DNA of 64,000 bases, taken from contig CBDFLJ010000002.1 of assembly GCA_965248835.1 (NCBI GenBank), positions 1,280,001 to 1,344,000 on the forward strand. The letters are read 5' to 3'. A program made the translations under genes and the position numbers. Each line of letters starts with the position of its first letter. The first letter of the stretch is position 1. Shown in pieces: positions 22,210 through 32,596 of this stretch. Source of the stretch: Alphaproteobacteria bacterium (GTDB lineage: Bacteria; Pseudomonadota; Alphaproteobacteria; MPNO01). The notes beneath the pieces are model-generated. The model had not been told where the DNA came from. It saw only the letters and a list, made by a program, of their open reading frames with translations, and made no database searches.

Positions 22210-22371
22210 GATCAAAGGTCCTTATCCGGTTGGGCCGCCGCGAGCACAAGAGCGGGCGCCGGAATTCAGCCCGGCCACCGCCCACCGGATGGGGTACAAG
22301 ACCGCACTCCCCAACGCTCGCGTGTGGATTTGAAGTGGCAGTTTGATAAACCCGAAACCGCCGAACCGCAA
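22210..22371 (-). promoter_or_regulatory. rpsB promoter and structured 5' leader (probable S2 autoregulatory element)
   Basis: TTGCGG(22371-66)-N17-TATCAA(22348-43); ~125-nt GC-rich leader from CCACACGCG to GCGGCGGCCCAACCGGATAAGGA. Confidence 0.55.
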
Positions 22372-22406
22372 GACTTTTCAAGCCGATCGGGCGCCCCGTG
22401 CGGGTC

Positions 22407-25400
22407 TCAGGCCTCGATCACCGAAGATACGCCGCTGAGTGATCCGAGGCGGTCGGACGCCTCGGCCGGCACCGCATAACCGCCCGGCAGCACCAGTTCG
22501 ACCTCGCGGGCAGCCTCGATGCCGATCACCAGGCTCACCCGGCCGCAGCCGGGCTGCCATGCCGCGATCTGGCCGCGCACGCTCTCTAGACAGTCCGGAT
22601 CATCGATGCGGACCTGAATCCCGGTTTCAATCCGTTTGACGACCTCGTCCAACGCCTCGATCTTCTGGGCCATCAACCGAACGCCCTCGCCGTCGGAGCG
22701 GACCTCGGCGGTGACCAGCACCCGTGCGTTGGGCTCCAACAACGCGCGCGCGCCGGCCAAGAGCTCCGAGAACGCGAGCACCTCGTATGCCCCGGCGGTG
22801 TCGGCGAGCCGGATATAGGCAAACCGGTTGCCCTTGGACGAGGTCCGTTCCTGGCGCCCGAGAACGACCCCGGCAAGCCGCTTGGTGTCGCCCTGGGCCA
22901 CCTCCGCCACGGCATTGGAAGGGACCACGCGAAGCCGGCTCAGCCGCGCGCCGTAGGCATCCAGCGGATGGGCGGAAAGATAGAAACCCACCGCCTCGAA
23001 CTCCTGGTCGAGCCGTTCCATCGGCGACCAGTCGGCGATGTCGGGACGGCCCGCCCCAAGCGGTGCGAGCTCCCTGGCGGCCTCGCCGAACAGGTTGGCC
23101 TGGCTGGTCTGGCGCTCCTCGGCCGCGGTCTGTCCGAGCTTCGCCAGGAGATCGATGCTCTCGAAGAGCTGCCGCCGGTTGGGGTTCAGGCAATCCAACG
23201 CACCCGCGCGCACCAGGTTCTCCATCTGGCGGCGGTTGGCCATCCGCCCGCCCAGGCGGCGAGCGAAATCGAACTCGTCGGTGAACGTGCCGTTCCGCTC
23301 GCGCTCGTCGAGAAGGTCGGCCATCGCCTGTTCGCCGACATTCCTGATTGCCGCAAGGGAATAGCGGATCGCAGGCTTTGCGGCGCCGTTGCTGGCCGGC
23401 TCGACTGCGAACGAGACTTCCGACCGGTTGACGTCGGGCGGCAGCAACGGCACGCCGAGACGGTCGAGCTCGTGGCGAAACGCACTCAGCTTGTCGGTAT
23501 TGCCGACATCGAGCGACATCAGGGCGGCCAAGAACTCGACCGGGTAGTTGGCCTTCAACCAAGCGGTCTGGTAGGCGACCAGCGCATAGGCCGCGGCGTG
23601 AGACTTGTTGAAACCGTAGCCGGCGAACTTGTCGACCAGCTCGAAGATCTGCTCAGCCTTGGCGGCATCGACCCCGCGGGCGGTGGCACCTTCGACGAAG
23701 GCGCCGCGCTGGGCCTTCATCTCGGCCTTGATCTTCTTGCCCATCGCGCGCCGCAGCAAGTCGGCTGCGGCCAGGCTGAAGCCCGACAGGCGCTGGGCGA
23801 TCTGCATGACCTGTTCCTGATAGATGATCACGCCGAATGTCTCGCGCAGGATCTCTTCCAGGTCCGGATGCAGGTAATCGGGCTCCTCACGGCCGTGCTT
23901 GCAGGCGTTGTAGCGTGGGATGTTGTCCATCGGCCCGGGCCGGTAGAGCGCGACCAGAGCGATCAGGTCCTCGAAGCAATCGGGCTTCATCTGGCGCAGT
24001 ACGTCGCGCATGCCCGCGCTTTCCATCTGGAACACCCCGGTGGCATCGCCGCGGCCGAGCATCGCGTAGGTCGCCGGATCGTCGAGCGGCAGGGACAGCA
24101 GGTCGGGCGGGCTTTCCCGTCGGGCGATAAACTTCAGCGCCCTGTCGAGGACGGTGAGCGTCTTCAGTCCAAGAAAGTCGAACTTCACCAGACCGGCCAA
24201 CTCGGTGTATTTCATCGAGAACTGGGTCGCCGGCAATTCCGAACGCGGATCGCGATAGAGCGGGATCAGTTCCGTCAACGGCCGGTCGGCGATCACCACG
24301 CCCGCAGCATGGGTCGAGGTGTGGCGGTATAGGCCTTCCAGTTTCATCGCGATGTCGATCAGCCGGGCGACGGTCTCGTCGCCGTTGCGGATCTGGCGAA
24401 GCTGCGGCTCCTGCTCCAACGCCTGGGCCAGTGTCGGCGGCTTGGCCGGGTTGAACGGCACGAGCTTGCAGATCCGGTCGACCTGGCCGTAGGGCATGCC
24501 GAGGACACGACCGACATCGCGCAGTGCCGCACGGGCCTGGAGGGTCCCGAAGGTGATGATCTGGGCGACCCTGTCGGCGCCGTACTTGTCCTGAACGTAG
24601 GCGATCACCTCGTCGCGCCGGTCCTGGCAGAAGTCGATGTCGAAGTCCGGCATGGAGACCCTGTCCGGGTTGAGGAAGCGCTCGAACAGGAGGCCGAACC
24701 GCAGCGGATCGAGGTCGGTGATGGTGAGCGCCCACGCAACGACGGATCCGGCACCGGAACCGCGCCCGGGACCGACCGGGATGTGCTGCTGCTTGGCCCA
24801 TTGGATGAAGTCGGCAACGATCAGAAAATAGCCCGGAAAGCCCATCGAAATGATCACGTCGAGCTCAAATTCGAGTCGTTCGAAATAGGGTTCGGGATCG
24901 ACGTGCAATTTCGCCAACCGCGCCTCGAGCCCCGAACGGGCGGCCGCGCGCAGCGCATCGGCCTCGCTCCTGCCCTCGGCGTCTTCGAAGCCGGGCAGGA
25001 TCGGATCGTGGGGCCGGGGCATGAAGGCGCAGCGTTGGGCAATCACCACGGTGTTGTCGACCGCTTCGGGCAGGTCGGCGAAGACCGCGCGCATCTCCGC
25101 TGCATCGCGAAACCGATGGTCGGGTGTCAGCCGCCTGCGTTCGGTATCGGCGACGTGGGTGCCCTGGGCGATGCACAGCAGCACGTCATGGGCCTCATAC
25201 ATCGAGGCGTCGGCGAAATAGATGTCGTTGGTCGCGACCAGCGGCAGGTCGTGGGTCATCGCCAGGTCGATCAAGTCATCCTCGATCCGGCGCTCGATCT
25301 CTTCTCCGTGGCGGGTGAGCTCGATATAAAGCCGGCCGGGGAACGCGCCGCGAAGCTGCTGCAGCACCCCGCTCGCCTTTTGCACCTGGCCGTCGGCGAG

Positions 25401-25853
25401 CAACCGTCCCAGCGCGCCCGAAGCACCGCCGGTCAGCGCGATCAACCCTTCCGCACGGGCCTCCACATCGGCGAAGCCGACATGGGGCTCGCCGCCGCCT
25501 GAGTCCAGATAGGCCTTGGTGACCAGTGTGACCAAGTTACGGTAGCCGTCCCGATTCTGAACCAGCAGCACCAGGTTGTCGTGGCCCACCGGCCGGCCGT
25601 TGCGGATGGTGCTGCCGGCATCGGCTTCCATCCGGGCAATCGAGAGCTGGCAGCCGATGATCGGCTGCACGCCGGCCTCCGCAGCAGCGAGCGCGAACTC
25701 GAGCGCACCGAACATGTTGTTGGTATCGGTGACCGCGATCGCCGGTATGCCCTGGGCGACGCAAAGCGCCACCAGGTCCTTAACCTTCAGCGCTCCCTCG
25801 GACAGCGAGTAGGCGGTGTGGGTGCGCAGGTGAACGAAGTCGGCATGGGCCAT
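22407..25853 (-). CDS. dnaE: DNA polymerase III alpha subunit
   Basis: PHP domain FVHLRTHTAYSL, GPGRGSGAGS, SMPDFDIDF, KFDFLGL and YGFNKSHA motifs; no intein evident. Confidence 0.98.
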   Translation of the reverse strand: MAHADFVHLRTHTAYSLSEGALKVKDLVALCVAQGIPAIAVTDTNNMFGALEFALAAAEAGVQPIIGCQLSIARMEADAGSTIRNGRPVGHDNLVLLVQNRDGYRNLVTLVTKAYLDSGGGEPHVGFADVEARAEGLIALTGGASGALGRLLADGQVQKASGVLQQLRGAFPGRLYIELTRHGEEIERRIEDDLIDLAMTHDLPLVATNDIYFADASMYEAHDVLLCIAQGTHVADTERRRLTPDHRFRDAAEMRAVFADLPEAVDNTVVIAQRCAFMPRPHDPILPGFEDAEGRSEADALRAAARSGLEARLAKLHVDPEPYFERLEFELDVIISMGFPGYFLIVADFIQWAKQQHIPVGPGRGSGAGSVVAWALTITDLDPLRFGLLFERFLNPDRVSMPDFDIDFCQDRRDEVIAYVQDKYGADRVAQIITFGTLQARAALRDVGRVLGMPYGQVDRICKLVPFNPAKPPTLAQALEQEPQLRQIRNGDETVARLIDIAMKLEGLYRHTSTHAAGVVIADRPLTELIPLYRDPRSELPATQFSMKYTELAGLVKFDFLGLKTLTVLDRALKFIARRESPPDLLSLPLDDPATYAMLGRGDATGVFQMESAGMRDVLRQMKPDCFEDLIALVALYRPGPMDNIPRYNACKHGREEPDYLHPDLEEILRETFGVIIYQEQVMQIAQRLSGFSLAAADLLRRAMGKKIKAEMKAQRGAFVEGATARGVDAAKAEQIFELVDKFAGYGFNKSHAAAYALVAYQTAWLKANYPVEFLAALMSLDVGNTDKLSAFRHELDRLGVPLLPPDVNRSEVSFAVEPASNGAAKPAIRYSLAAIRNVGEQAMADLLDERERNGTFTDEFDFARRLGGRMANRRQMENLVRAGALDCLNPNRRQLFESIDLLAKLGQTAAEERQTSQANLFGEAARELAPLGAGRPDIADWSPMERLDQEFEAVGFYLSAHPLDAYGARLSRLRVVPSNAVAEVAQGDTKRLAGVVLGRQERTSSKGNRFAYIRLADTAGAYEVLAFSELLAGARALLEPNARVLVTAEVRSDGEGVRLMAQKIEALDEVVKRIETGIQVRIDDPDCLESVRGQIAAWQPGCGRVSLVIGIEAAREVELVLPGGYAVPAEASDRLGSLSGVSSVIEA

Positions 25854-25947
25854 GGCGGCATTGAAGATACCGGCCATGCGGGCGAATCAACAGATCCGCC
25901 CGTCGTCCCGGGAAATCAAGATGTGGACAGTTTCGGGCCGGCGGGCG

Positions 25948-27048
25948 TTAGCCCGGCTTGTGCCTGAACGTGTTGACCGCCGAGCCGAAACCGCTGAGCC
26001 CGAGCCGTGCGCGCAGATCCTCGGTCGCCTTCAGGACCATGTCGTCGACGGGGATGCCGAGGCCGTTGGCGATCCGGTCGTTCTTGGTGAAATTGCCCGC
26101 AATCGCCGCGGCTCCGGCAACGGCTGCCGGTCCCAGCGCCTCGCTCAACGCGGTGCGCGCGCGCTCCAGCGCAGCGAGGTCCGCGCCGACCACGGCATCG
26201 GCGTAGGCCAGCAGCACGGCGCCTGCCGGCACGCCGCTGTCCACTTCCGAGCGCATCAGAGCCTCGAGATCGATGTCCAGATCGGCGACTCGTCCACTCT
26301 CACGGAGGAACCTGGCATGGCCGGTGGTTCAGTAGAAGCAACCGTTCAAGGCCGAGATCCGGCCGGCTACGACCTCCGCCTGGACCCGAGCCAGCCCTTC
26401 GTGGTGCCGGTAGTCGTATTCCAGGATACGATGAAGCGGCAGGTATTGGGCCTGTTCCAGCGCCAGATGCAGGCGCAACTCCTCGGGCACCAGACTCATG
26501 GCACGGACGATGTAGGGCATCGGACGACCGCCATAGAGCGCCTCGCCGAGCGCTCTGCCGTCGGGGCCGTTGGGAACCGTCGGCACCCAGGCCAACTCCT
26601 GAACCGCTTCCGCCGGGCGTTCGCGGCTTGGCCGACCGGGCTCGGCTGCCGGCAGCGGCCGCAGCGGCACGCCGATCCCGCGCGCGAAGACATCGATGTT
26701 GGTAATGCGCGAGACCAGACCGATGATCTCGACATACTCGGCGTCACCGAGCCCGTCCTTCAGCGCATCCCGGCAGAACGCCTCGTCGACATCGCCGAGC
26801 GAGAACGCAACCGCTCGGACGACCCGGCGCACCACCTCGGGAAGCTCGGTCTCGACCGCGGCCCCGCCATCGGCGGGCTCTTCGAGGACCCCGGCGTCGT
26901 ACCCCGCCTGCCGGGCTTCGGCTGCGACCGCCAATCGCTGGGCGCCCGTCCCCCACGTCCCCGGCGCGCCCCAACCCGATAGCTGAGTCGCATGGGTCGC
27001 GGCCAGATCGTCCCGCACCGGATAGGCGGAATCCGAATAGAGGCTCAT
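25948..27048 (-). CDS. AhpD/CMD-like alkylhydroperoxidase-related protein, probable selenoprotein (CxxU), 366 aa
   Basis: AAGGAG RBS before ATG 27048; ...RISALNGCFY-TGA(26331-29)-TTGHARFLRESG reads stop-free and in frame into ORF 25948..26256; TGA sits at the second Cys of the AhpD NxCxYCxxxH motif. Confidence 0.82.
26284..26328 (-). promoter_or_regulatory. Putative bacterial SECIS element
   Basis: UUCCUC-[CGUGA]-GAGUGGA hairpin with a bulged U; loop starts 24 nt after the UGA and has GU at loop positions 2-3. Confidence 0.55.
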
Positions 27049-27157
27049 CCACTCTCCTTGCGGGCTGCGTTCGGGTCCGAATTTACCGGGTGAAACAGTC
27101 TGAGAAGCCCCCAGGTCTGTCAATCCCGTGAACTCGCCGGCCGATCACAGTTCCGCG

Positions 27158-27844
27158 CTATGACCGTCGGATCAACCCGTCCTCGAGTACCAGGCGACGG
27201 TCCATGCGCTCGGCGAGCTCCGGGTTGTGGGTGGCGATCAGGGCGGCGGCACCGCGGCCACGGACAATCTCGACCAGGAGCTCGAAGACCGCGCCGGCGG
27301 TCCGACGGTCGAGGTTGCCGGTCGGCTCGTCAGCGATCAGCACGCTCGGCTCGTTGGCCAGCGCGCGGGCGATCGCCACGCGTTGTTGCTCGCCGCCAGA
27401 CAGCCGCGCCGGACGGTGGCTTGCCCGATCGGCGAGCCCAACCTGGGCGAGCAGCGCCTCGGCCATACCGCGCGCAGTGCGCCGCGCCGCCCCGTCGATC
27501 ATCCGCGGCAGGGCGACGTTTTCCAGCGCGGAGAACTCGGGCAGCAGGTGGTGGAACTGGTAGACGAAGCCGAGTTCGGATCGGCGCAGCGCGGTGCGGC
27601 GGTCATCGCTCATCTCCGCGCAGTCCTCGCCGGCCAGACGGATCGAGCCGGCGCTCGGCCGATCGAGAAGCCCAGCGATGTGGAGCAGCGTCGACTTGCC
27701 GGCGCCCGAGGGTCCGACCAGGGCGACGATCTGGCCGGGATGGATCGCCAGCGATACGCCGCGCAGCACCTCCAGCCCGCCGCCCGCCTGGGCGTATATC
27801 TTGCGGATATCTTCCATTGCGAGCGCCGGGACGGGCTCAGCCAT
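27158..27844 (-). CDS. lolD: Lipoprotein-releasing ABC ATPase
   Basis: [40 protein letters not shown] and ADEPTGNLD motifs; overlaps the lolC/E stop. Confidence 0.95.
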   Translation of the reverse strand: MAEPVPALAMEDIRKIYAQAGGGLEVLRGVSLAIHPGQIVALVGPSGAGKSTLLHIAGLLDRPSAGSIRLAGEDCAEMSDDRRTALRRSELGFVYQFHHLLPEFSALENVALPRMIDGAARRTARGMAEALLAQVGLADRASHRPARLSGGEQQRVAIARALANEPSVLIADEPTGNLDRRTAGAVFELLVEIVRGRGAAALIATHNPELAERMDRRLVLEDGLIRRS

Positions 27845-29081
27845 AGCGCAGTGCCTCGACAGGATCGAGCCGCGCCGCCCGCCATGCCGGATAGATCGTC
27901 GCCAGGAGCGACAGCGCGATCGATATCGCAATCACCGTCACGACGTCGCCGGCTTCCACTTTGGAGGGCAGGCGGGACAGGAAATAGATCTCGGCCGCGA
28001 ACAGCTCCGCCCCCGACAGGCTTTCGAGCCAGCGACGCAGGGTCTCGATATTGCTGGCGAACGCGAGGCCCAGGACGAAGCCGATGAGCGTGCCCAGCAC
28101 GCCCACCGAGGCCCCGGCCAGGAGGAAGACCCGCATCACCGCGCCGCGGGTGGCTCCCATGGTGCGCAGGATCGCGATGTCGCCGCCCTTGTCCTTCACC
28201 AGCATGATCAAGCTGGAGACGATGTTGAAGGCGGCAACCAGGATGATCAGCGTGAGGATCAAGAACATCACGTTGCGCTCGACCTTGATCGCGTTGAAGA
28301 AGGTCGCATTGGCCTGTTGCCAGTCGATGATCCGCACCGGCCCATCGGCGCTGGCGCGCAGCACCGGCGCAATCCGGTCGACCCGGTCGGGATCGTCAAT
28401 GAAGATCTCGAGCTGGCTGACAGCCTGCCCGGTGCGGAAATAGACCTGGGCCGCCTCCAGCGGCATGAAGATGAAGCCGTTGTCGTATTCGAACATGCCG
28501 ACTTCGAAGATCGCCGCCACCGTATATGTCTTGATCCGGGGCAGGGTTCCGAACGCGGTGGCCTTGGCCTGGGGCGCGATTAGGCGCAGCTTTGAGCCGG
28601 TGGTGAGCCCCATGCGCTGCGCGAGCCGCGTGCCGATCATCACCGCACTGCCGCCGCGAAAGGCCTCCAAACTGCCGGCTCGGATGTTCTCGGCCAGGAT
28701 GGAGCGCTTGGCGATATCGGCCGGCCGCATGCCGCGGACCAGCGCACCGCGAGCGACTTTGTTAGCGCTCGCCATTACCTGGCCTTCGACGATCGGAGTG
28801 ACGCTCTTCACGCCGGGCAGGACGCGCAGCCGCTCGGCAAGCGTGTCGAAGTCCTTCAGCGCACCGGTCTGGGCGCGGACGCCGATATGGCCGTTGAGCC
28901 CGAGGATCCGCGACAGCAGCTCGGCGCGGAATCCGTTCATCACCGACATCACGACGATCAGCGTCGCCACCCCGAGCGCGATTCCGGCGAGCGAGAAGCC
29001 GGCGATGACCGAGATGAATCCCTCTTCCCGCCGGGCGCGTAGGTAGCGGAAGGCGATCATCCGCTCGACGGGCGAGAACAT
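27837..29081 (-). CDS. lolE: Lipoprotein-releasing ABC permease LolC/E
   Basis: [25 protein letters not shown] and [17 protein letters not shown] motifs. Confidence 0.95.
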   Translation of the reverse strand: MFSPVERMIAFRYLRARREEGFISVIAGFSLAGIALGVATLIVVMSVMNGFRAELLSRILGLNGHIGVRAQTGALKDFDTLAERLRVLPGVKSVTPIVEGQVMASANKVARGALVRGMRPADIAKRSILAENIRAGSLEAFRGGSAVMIGTRLAQRMGLTTGSKLRLIAPQAKATAFGTLPRIKTYTVAAIFEVGMFEYDNGFIFMPLEAAQVYFRTGQAVSQLEIFIDDPDRVDRIAPVLRASADGPVRIIDWQQANATFFNAIKVERNVMFLILTLIILVAAFNIVSSLIMLVKDKGGDIAILRTMGATRGAVMRVFLLAGASVGVLGTLIGFVLGLAFASNIETLRRWLESLSGAELFAAEIYFLSRLPSKVEAGDVVTVIAISIALSLLATIYPAWRAARLDPVEALRYG

Positions 29082-29093
29082 ACGGCGGAACGG

Positions 29094-30407
29094 CTAAGTG
29101 GTGAGCCGGGCGAGTGCGGCTTCCGCGGACAGCTCCTCGCGCTCGCCGCTGCCGCGGCGCTTGACCTCGACGAGCCCCTTCCCGAGCCCGCGCGGCCCGA
29201 CCACGACCTGCCACGGCAGCCCGATAAGGTCCATGTCCGCGAACTTCGTTCCCGCCCGCTCCTCGCGGTCGTCAAGGAGAGTCTCCACGCCGGCCCGGCC
29301 GAATTTGGCGTAGAGATCCGCGCACGCCGCATCGCACTGCGCATCACCGGCCTTCAGGTTGATCAGCCCGATGTGGAAGGGTGCAACGGGCTCCGGCCAG
29401 ATGATGCCTTCTTCGTCGTGATAGGCCTCGATGATCGCGCCCACCAGGCGGGAGACCCCGATGCCGTATGAACCCATCTCGAAGAAGATCTCCTCGTCGT
29501 CGGGCCCGCGGACCGACGCGTTCATCGCCTTGGAGTACTTGGTGCCGAAATAGAAGATGTGCCCGACCTCGATGCCGCGCGCCCGGATGAGATCCTCGCC
29601 GAGTGCCGCGGCGGTATCCGGGTCGTGCATCTCATCGGTTGCGGCATAGAGACTGGTCCAGCGCCGCACCTCCGGCTCCAGGTCGGATTCGTAGTCGACA
29701 TCGTCGGCAAGCACATCGCGCTCAACCAGCGCGCGGTGGCAGTAGACTTCGCTCTCGCCGGTGCCGGCGAGAATGATGAACTCGTGGCTCATGTCGCCAC
29801 CGATCGGGCCGGTGTCGGCCTTCATCGGGATCGCCCGCAGCCCCATCTGGGCGAAGGTCCGCAAGTAGGCGACGAACATCTTGTTGTAAGCGCGCTTGGC
29901 CGACTCGTAATCGACGTCGAAGGAGTAGGCGTCCTTCATCAGGAACTCGCGGCCGCGCATCACCCCGAAACGCGGGCGGACTTCATCGCGGAATTTCCAT
30001 TGAATATGATACAAGTTTTTAGGGAGTTCTCGGTAGCTTTTAATGTAATTCCTGAAGATTTCGGTGATCTGCTCCTCGTTGGTCGGGCCGTAGAGCATTT
30101 CGCGGTCGTGGCGGTCGGTGATGCGCAGCATCTCCTTGCCGTAGCCGTCGTAGCGGCCGCTTTCGCGCCACAGATCGGCCGACTGGATGGTCGGCATCAG
30201 CATTTCCTGGGCGCCGGACCGGTCCTGCTCGGCGCGCACGATCGCCTCGATCTTGCGCAGCACCCGCAGGCCCATCGGCAGCCATGAATAGATCCCGGCG
30301 CTCGCCTGGCGAATCATCCCGGCGCGCAGCATCAGACGGTGCGAGACGATCTGGGCCTCGGCCGGCTCTTCCTTGGAGGTCGGCAGGAAAAAGCTGGAAA
30401 GTCGCAT
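29094..30407 (-). CDS. proS: Proline--tRNA ligase (short alphaproteobacterial form)
   Basis: [41 protein letters not shown] and [10 protein letters not shown] motifs. Confidence 0.97.
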   Translation of the reverse strand: MRLSSFFLPTSKEEPAEAQIVSHRLMLRAGMIRQASAGIYSWLPMGLRVLRKIEAIVRAEQDRSGAQEMLMPTIQSADLWRESGRYDGYGKEMLRITDRHDREMLYGPTNEEQITEIFRNYIKSYRELPKNLYHIQWKFRDEVRPRFGVMRGREFLMKDAYSFDVDYESAKRAYNKMFVAYLRTFAQMGLRAIPMKADTGPIGGDMSHEFIILAGTGESEVYCHRALVERDVLADDVDYESDLEPEVRRWTSLYAATDEMHDPDTAAALGEDLIRARGIEVGHIFYFGTKYSKAMNASVRGPDDEEIFFEMGSYGIGVSRLVGAIIEAYHDEEGIIWPEPVAPFHIGLINLKAGDAQCDAACADLYAKFGRAGVETLLDDREERAGTKFADMDLIGLPWQVVVGPRGLGKGLVEVKRRGSGEREELSAEAALARLTT

Positions 30408-30426
30408 GCGCCCCTCGCGCGTGGCC

Positions 30427-30454
30427 CCCGCCCCGCCGATGCGGGCGGGGCGGG
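30427..30454. repeat. GC-rich inverted repeat between the BMP gene and proS
   Basis: CCCGCCCCGCC-GATGCG-GGCGGGGCGGG, 11-bp perfect stem. Confidence 0.6.
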
Positions 30455-30525
30455 CGCGGACCATAGCGCATTTGCCCGGCAGGGGGAATCTGCGCCGGCC
30501 GGGCGCGGCGGGCGGGCGGTTCCAG

Positions 30526-31599
30526 CTACTTGGGAAGCTTGCCCTGGACGCCCTTGACGTACCAGTCCATCGACAGCAGCGCCTTGTCATCGACCTTCTG
30601 GCCCTTGGCGATGACCAACTTGCCCTCCTGGTTGTAGATCGGGCCCTGGAAGGGATGCCGCTTGCCAGACCGGATGTCGGCCTCGGCCTGTTTGGCGATC
30701 GCGACCACGTCCGCCGGGATCCCGGGGTTGTAGGGCGCCATCTCCAGCATGCCGGCGGTAAGCCCGCCCCAGATGTCGTTGGATTGCCAGCTCCCGTCGA
30801 GCACCGCCCTTGTGCGGTCGATATAATACTGGTCCCACACGTCGACGATCGCAGTCAGATGGGCCTTGGCGCCGAACTTTGTCATGTCGGACGCTTGGCC
30901 GACCGCCCATACGCCGCGTTGCTGGGCGATCTGCAGCGGTGCCGGAGAATCGGTGTGCTGCAGGATGACGTCCGCGCCCTGGTCGATCAACGCCTTGGCG
31001 GCGTCGCTTTCCTTGCCGGGATCGTACCAGGTATTGACCCAGACCACCTTGACGGTCGCTTGCGGGTTGACCTCGTGCAGCGCCAGGGTGAACGCGTTGA
31101 TGCCGCGCACCACCTCGGGGATCGGGAACGAGCCGACATAGCCGATGACGTTGGACTTGGTCATCTTGCCGGCGATCAGCCCGGCGACGGTGCGGCCTTC
31201 GTAGAACCGTGCGGCGTAGGTCGAAACGTTCTTGCCACGCTTGTAGCCGGTCGCGTGCTCGAACTTCACCTTGGGAAAGCGCTTGGCAACCTTCACCGTC
31301 GGGTTCATGTAGCCGAACGAAGTGGTGAAGATCAGCCCGTGGCCGGTCGAGGCGAGCTGACGGATCACGCGCTCTGCATCTGCGCCTTCGCTGACGCTTT
31401 CGACATAGCTGGTCTCGACCCGGTCGCCGAAGGCCTTCTCGACCGCCAGGCGCCCGACGTCGTGGCGATAGGTCCAGCCGTGGTCGCCGATCGGCCCGAC
31501 ATAGACGAAACCGACCTTGAGCTTGTCGGCCGCCTGCGCGCTGAACCCGAGTGCCGCCGCTGCTATCAGGCAAGCGGTGATAATCGTTGCACGTCTCAT
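30526..31599 (-). CDS. BMP-family ABC substrate-binding protein (purine/nucleoside)
   Basis: Signal peptide; [32 protein letters not shown] and QHTDS motifs. Confidence 0.9.
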   Translation of the reverse strand: MRRATIITACLIAAAALGFSAQAADKLKVGFVYVGPIGDHGWTYRHDVGRLAVEKAFGDRVETSYVESVSEGADAERVIRQLASTGHGLIFTTSFGYMNPTVKVAKRFPKVKFEHATGYKRGKNVSTYAARFYEGRTVAGLIAGKMTKSNVIGYVGSFPIPEVVRGINAFTLALHEVNPQATVKVVWVNTWYDPGKESDAAKALIDQGADVILQHTDSPAPLQIAQQRGVWAVGQASDMTKFGAKAHLTAIVDVWDQYYIDRTRAVLDGSWQSNDIWGGLTAGMLEMAPYNPGIPADVVAIAKQAEADIRSGKRHPFQGPIYNQEGKLVIAKGQKVDDKALLSMDWYVKGVQGKLPK

Positions 31600-31674
31600 G
31601 GATTGCCCCTCCTGTCTTCGCTGCAATTGTCCTGCCGGATCAAAACATAGCCCGTTCCGGCAGCCGGGTCACGA

Positions 31675-32595
31675 TCATGTCTCGGGCCGGAAGGTCTTAC
31701 CGATGTCTGCCGGCGCGTTGAGCCGGATCAGGGTCTGGTCGCGTGATATCAGCACCAGCACCAGGATGGTCGCCAGATACGGCAGCATCGACAGCAGTTG
31801 CGAGGCGATGTCGAGGCCGATCCCCTGGACGTGGAGCTGCAGGATGGTCACCCCGCCGAACAGGTAGGCGCCGAGCAGCACCCGACCCGGCCGCCATGTC
31901 GCGAACACCACCAGCGCGAGCGCGATCCAGCCGCGGCCGGCGGTCATGTTCTCGATCCACATCGGGGTATAGGCGAGCGAGAGATAGGCGCCGCCGACGC
32001 CGGCCATCGCCCCGCCGAAGGCGACAGCCAGATAGCGGATGCCGATGACCGGATAGCCGATGGCATGCGCGGCATCGTGCGATTCCCCCACCGCGCGCAG
32101 CACCAGTCCGCCACGGGTGTGATAGAGGAACCAGATCACGCCGCCGACCATGGCGAAGGACAGATAGACCAGGATGTCGTGGCCGAAGATCACCGGTCCG
32201 ATGATCGGAATATCGCTGATGCCTGGTATGTCGAGCCTGTGCAGGGCACCGAGCGGCGTGCCGACATAGTCCTGGCCGATCAACGCGCTGAGCCCTATGC
32301 CGAAGATGGTCAGCGCGAGTCCCGTCGCGACCTGGTTGGCGACCAGGCTCAGACTCAGCAGCCCGAACAGCAGCGACAGCACGGTCCCCGCCGCGGCCCC
32401 GGCGAGGATACCGAGATAGAGGCTACCGGTTCCGGCCGCAGTGGCGAAAGCTGTCACCGCGCCTGCCAGCATCATCCCTTCGATGCCGAGGTTGAGGACA
32501 CCGGCCTTCTCGGTGATCAGCTCGCCCAGCGCCGCGAACAGCAGCGGGGTCGCCGCGGCGATCATCGAGACCATGATGGCGGCCGCGGTATCCAT
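31675..32595 (-). CDS. Nucleoside ABC transporter permease
   Basis: EKAGVLNLGIEGMM, LRAVGE and GRGWIALALV motifs. Confidence 0.9.
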   Translation of the reverse strand: MDTAAAIMVSMIAAATPLLFAALGELITEKAGVLNLGIEGMMLAGAVTAFATAAGTGSLYLGILAGAAAGTVLSLLFGLLSLSLVANQVATGLALTIFGIGLSALIGQDYVGTPLGALHRLDIPGISDIPIIGPVIFGHDILVYLSFAMVGGVIWFLYHTRGGLVLRAVGESHDAAHAIGYPVIGIRYLAVAFGGAMAGVGGAYLSLAYTPMWIENMTAGRGWIALALVVFATWRPGRVLLGAYLFGGVTILQLHVQGIGLDIASQLLSMLPYLATILVLVLISRDQTLIRLNAPADIGKTFRPET

Positions 32596-32596
32596 C

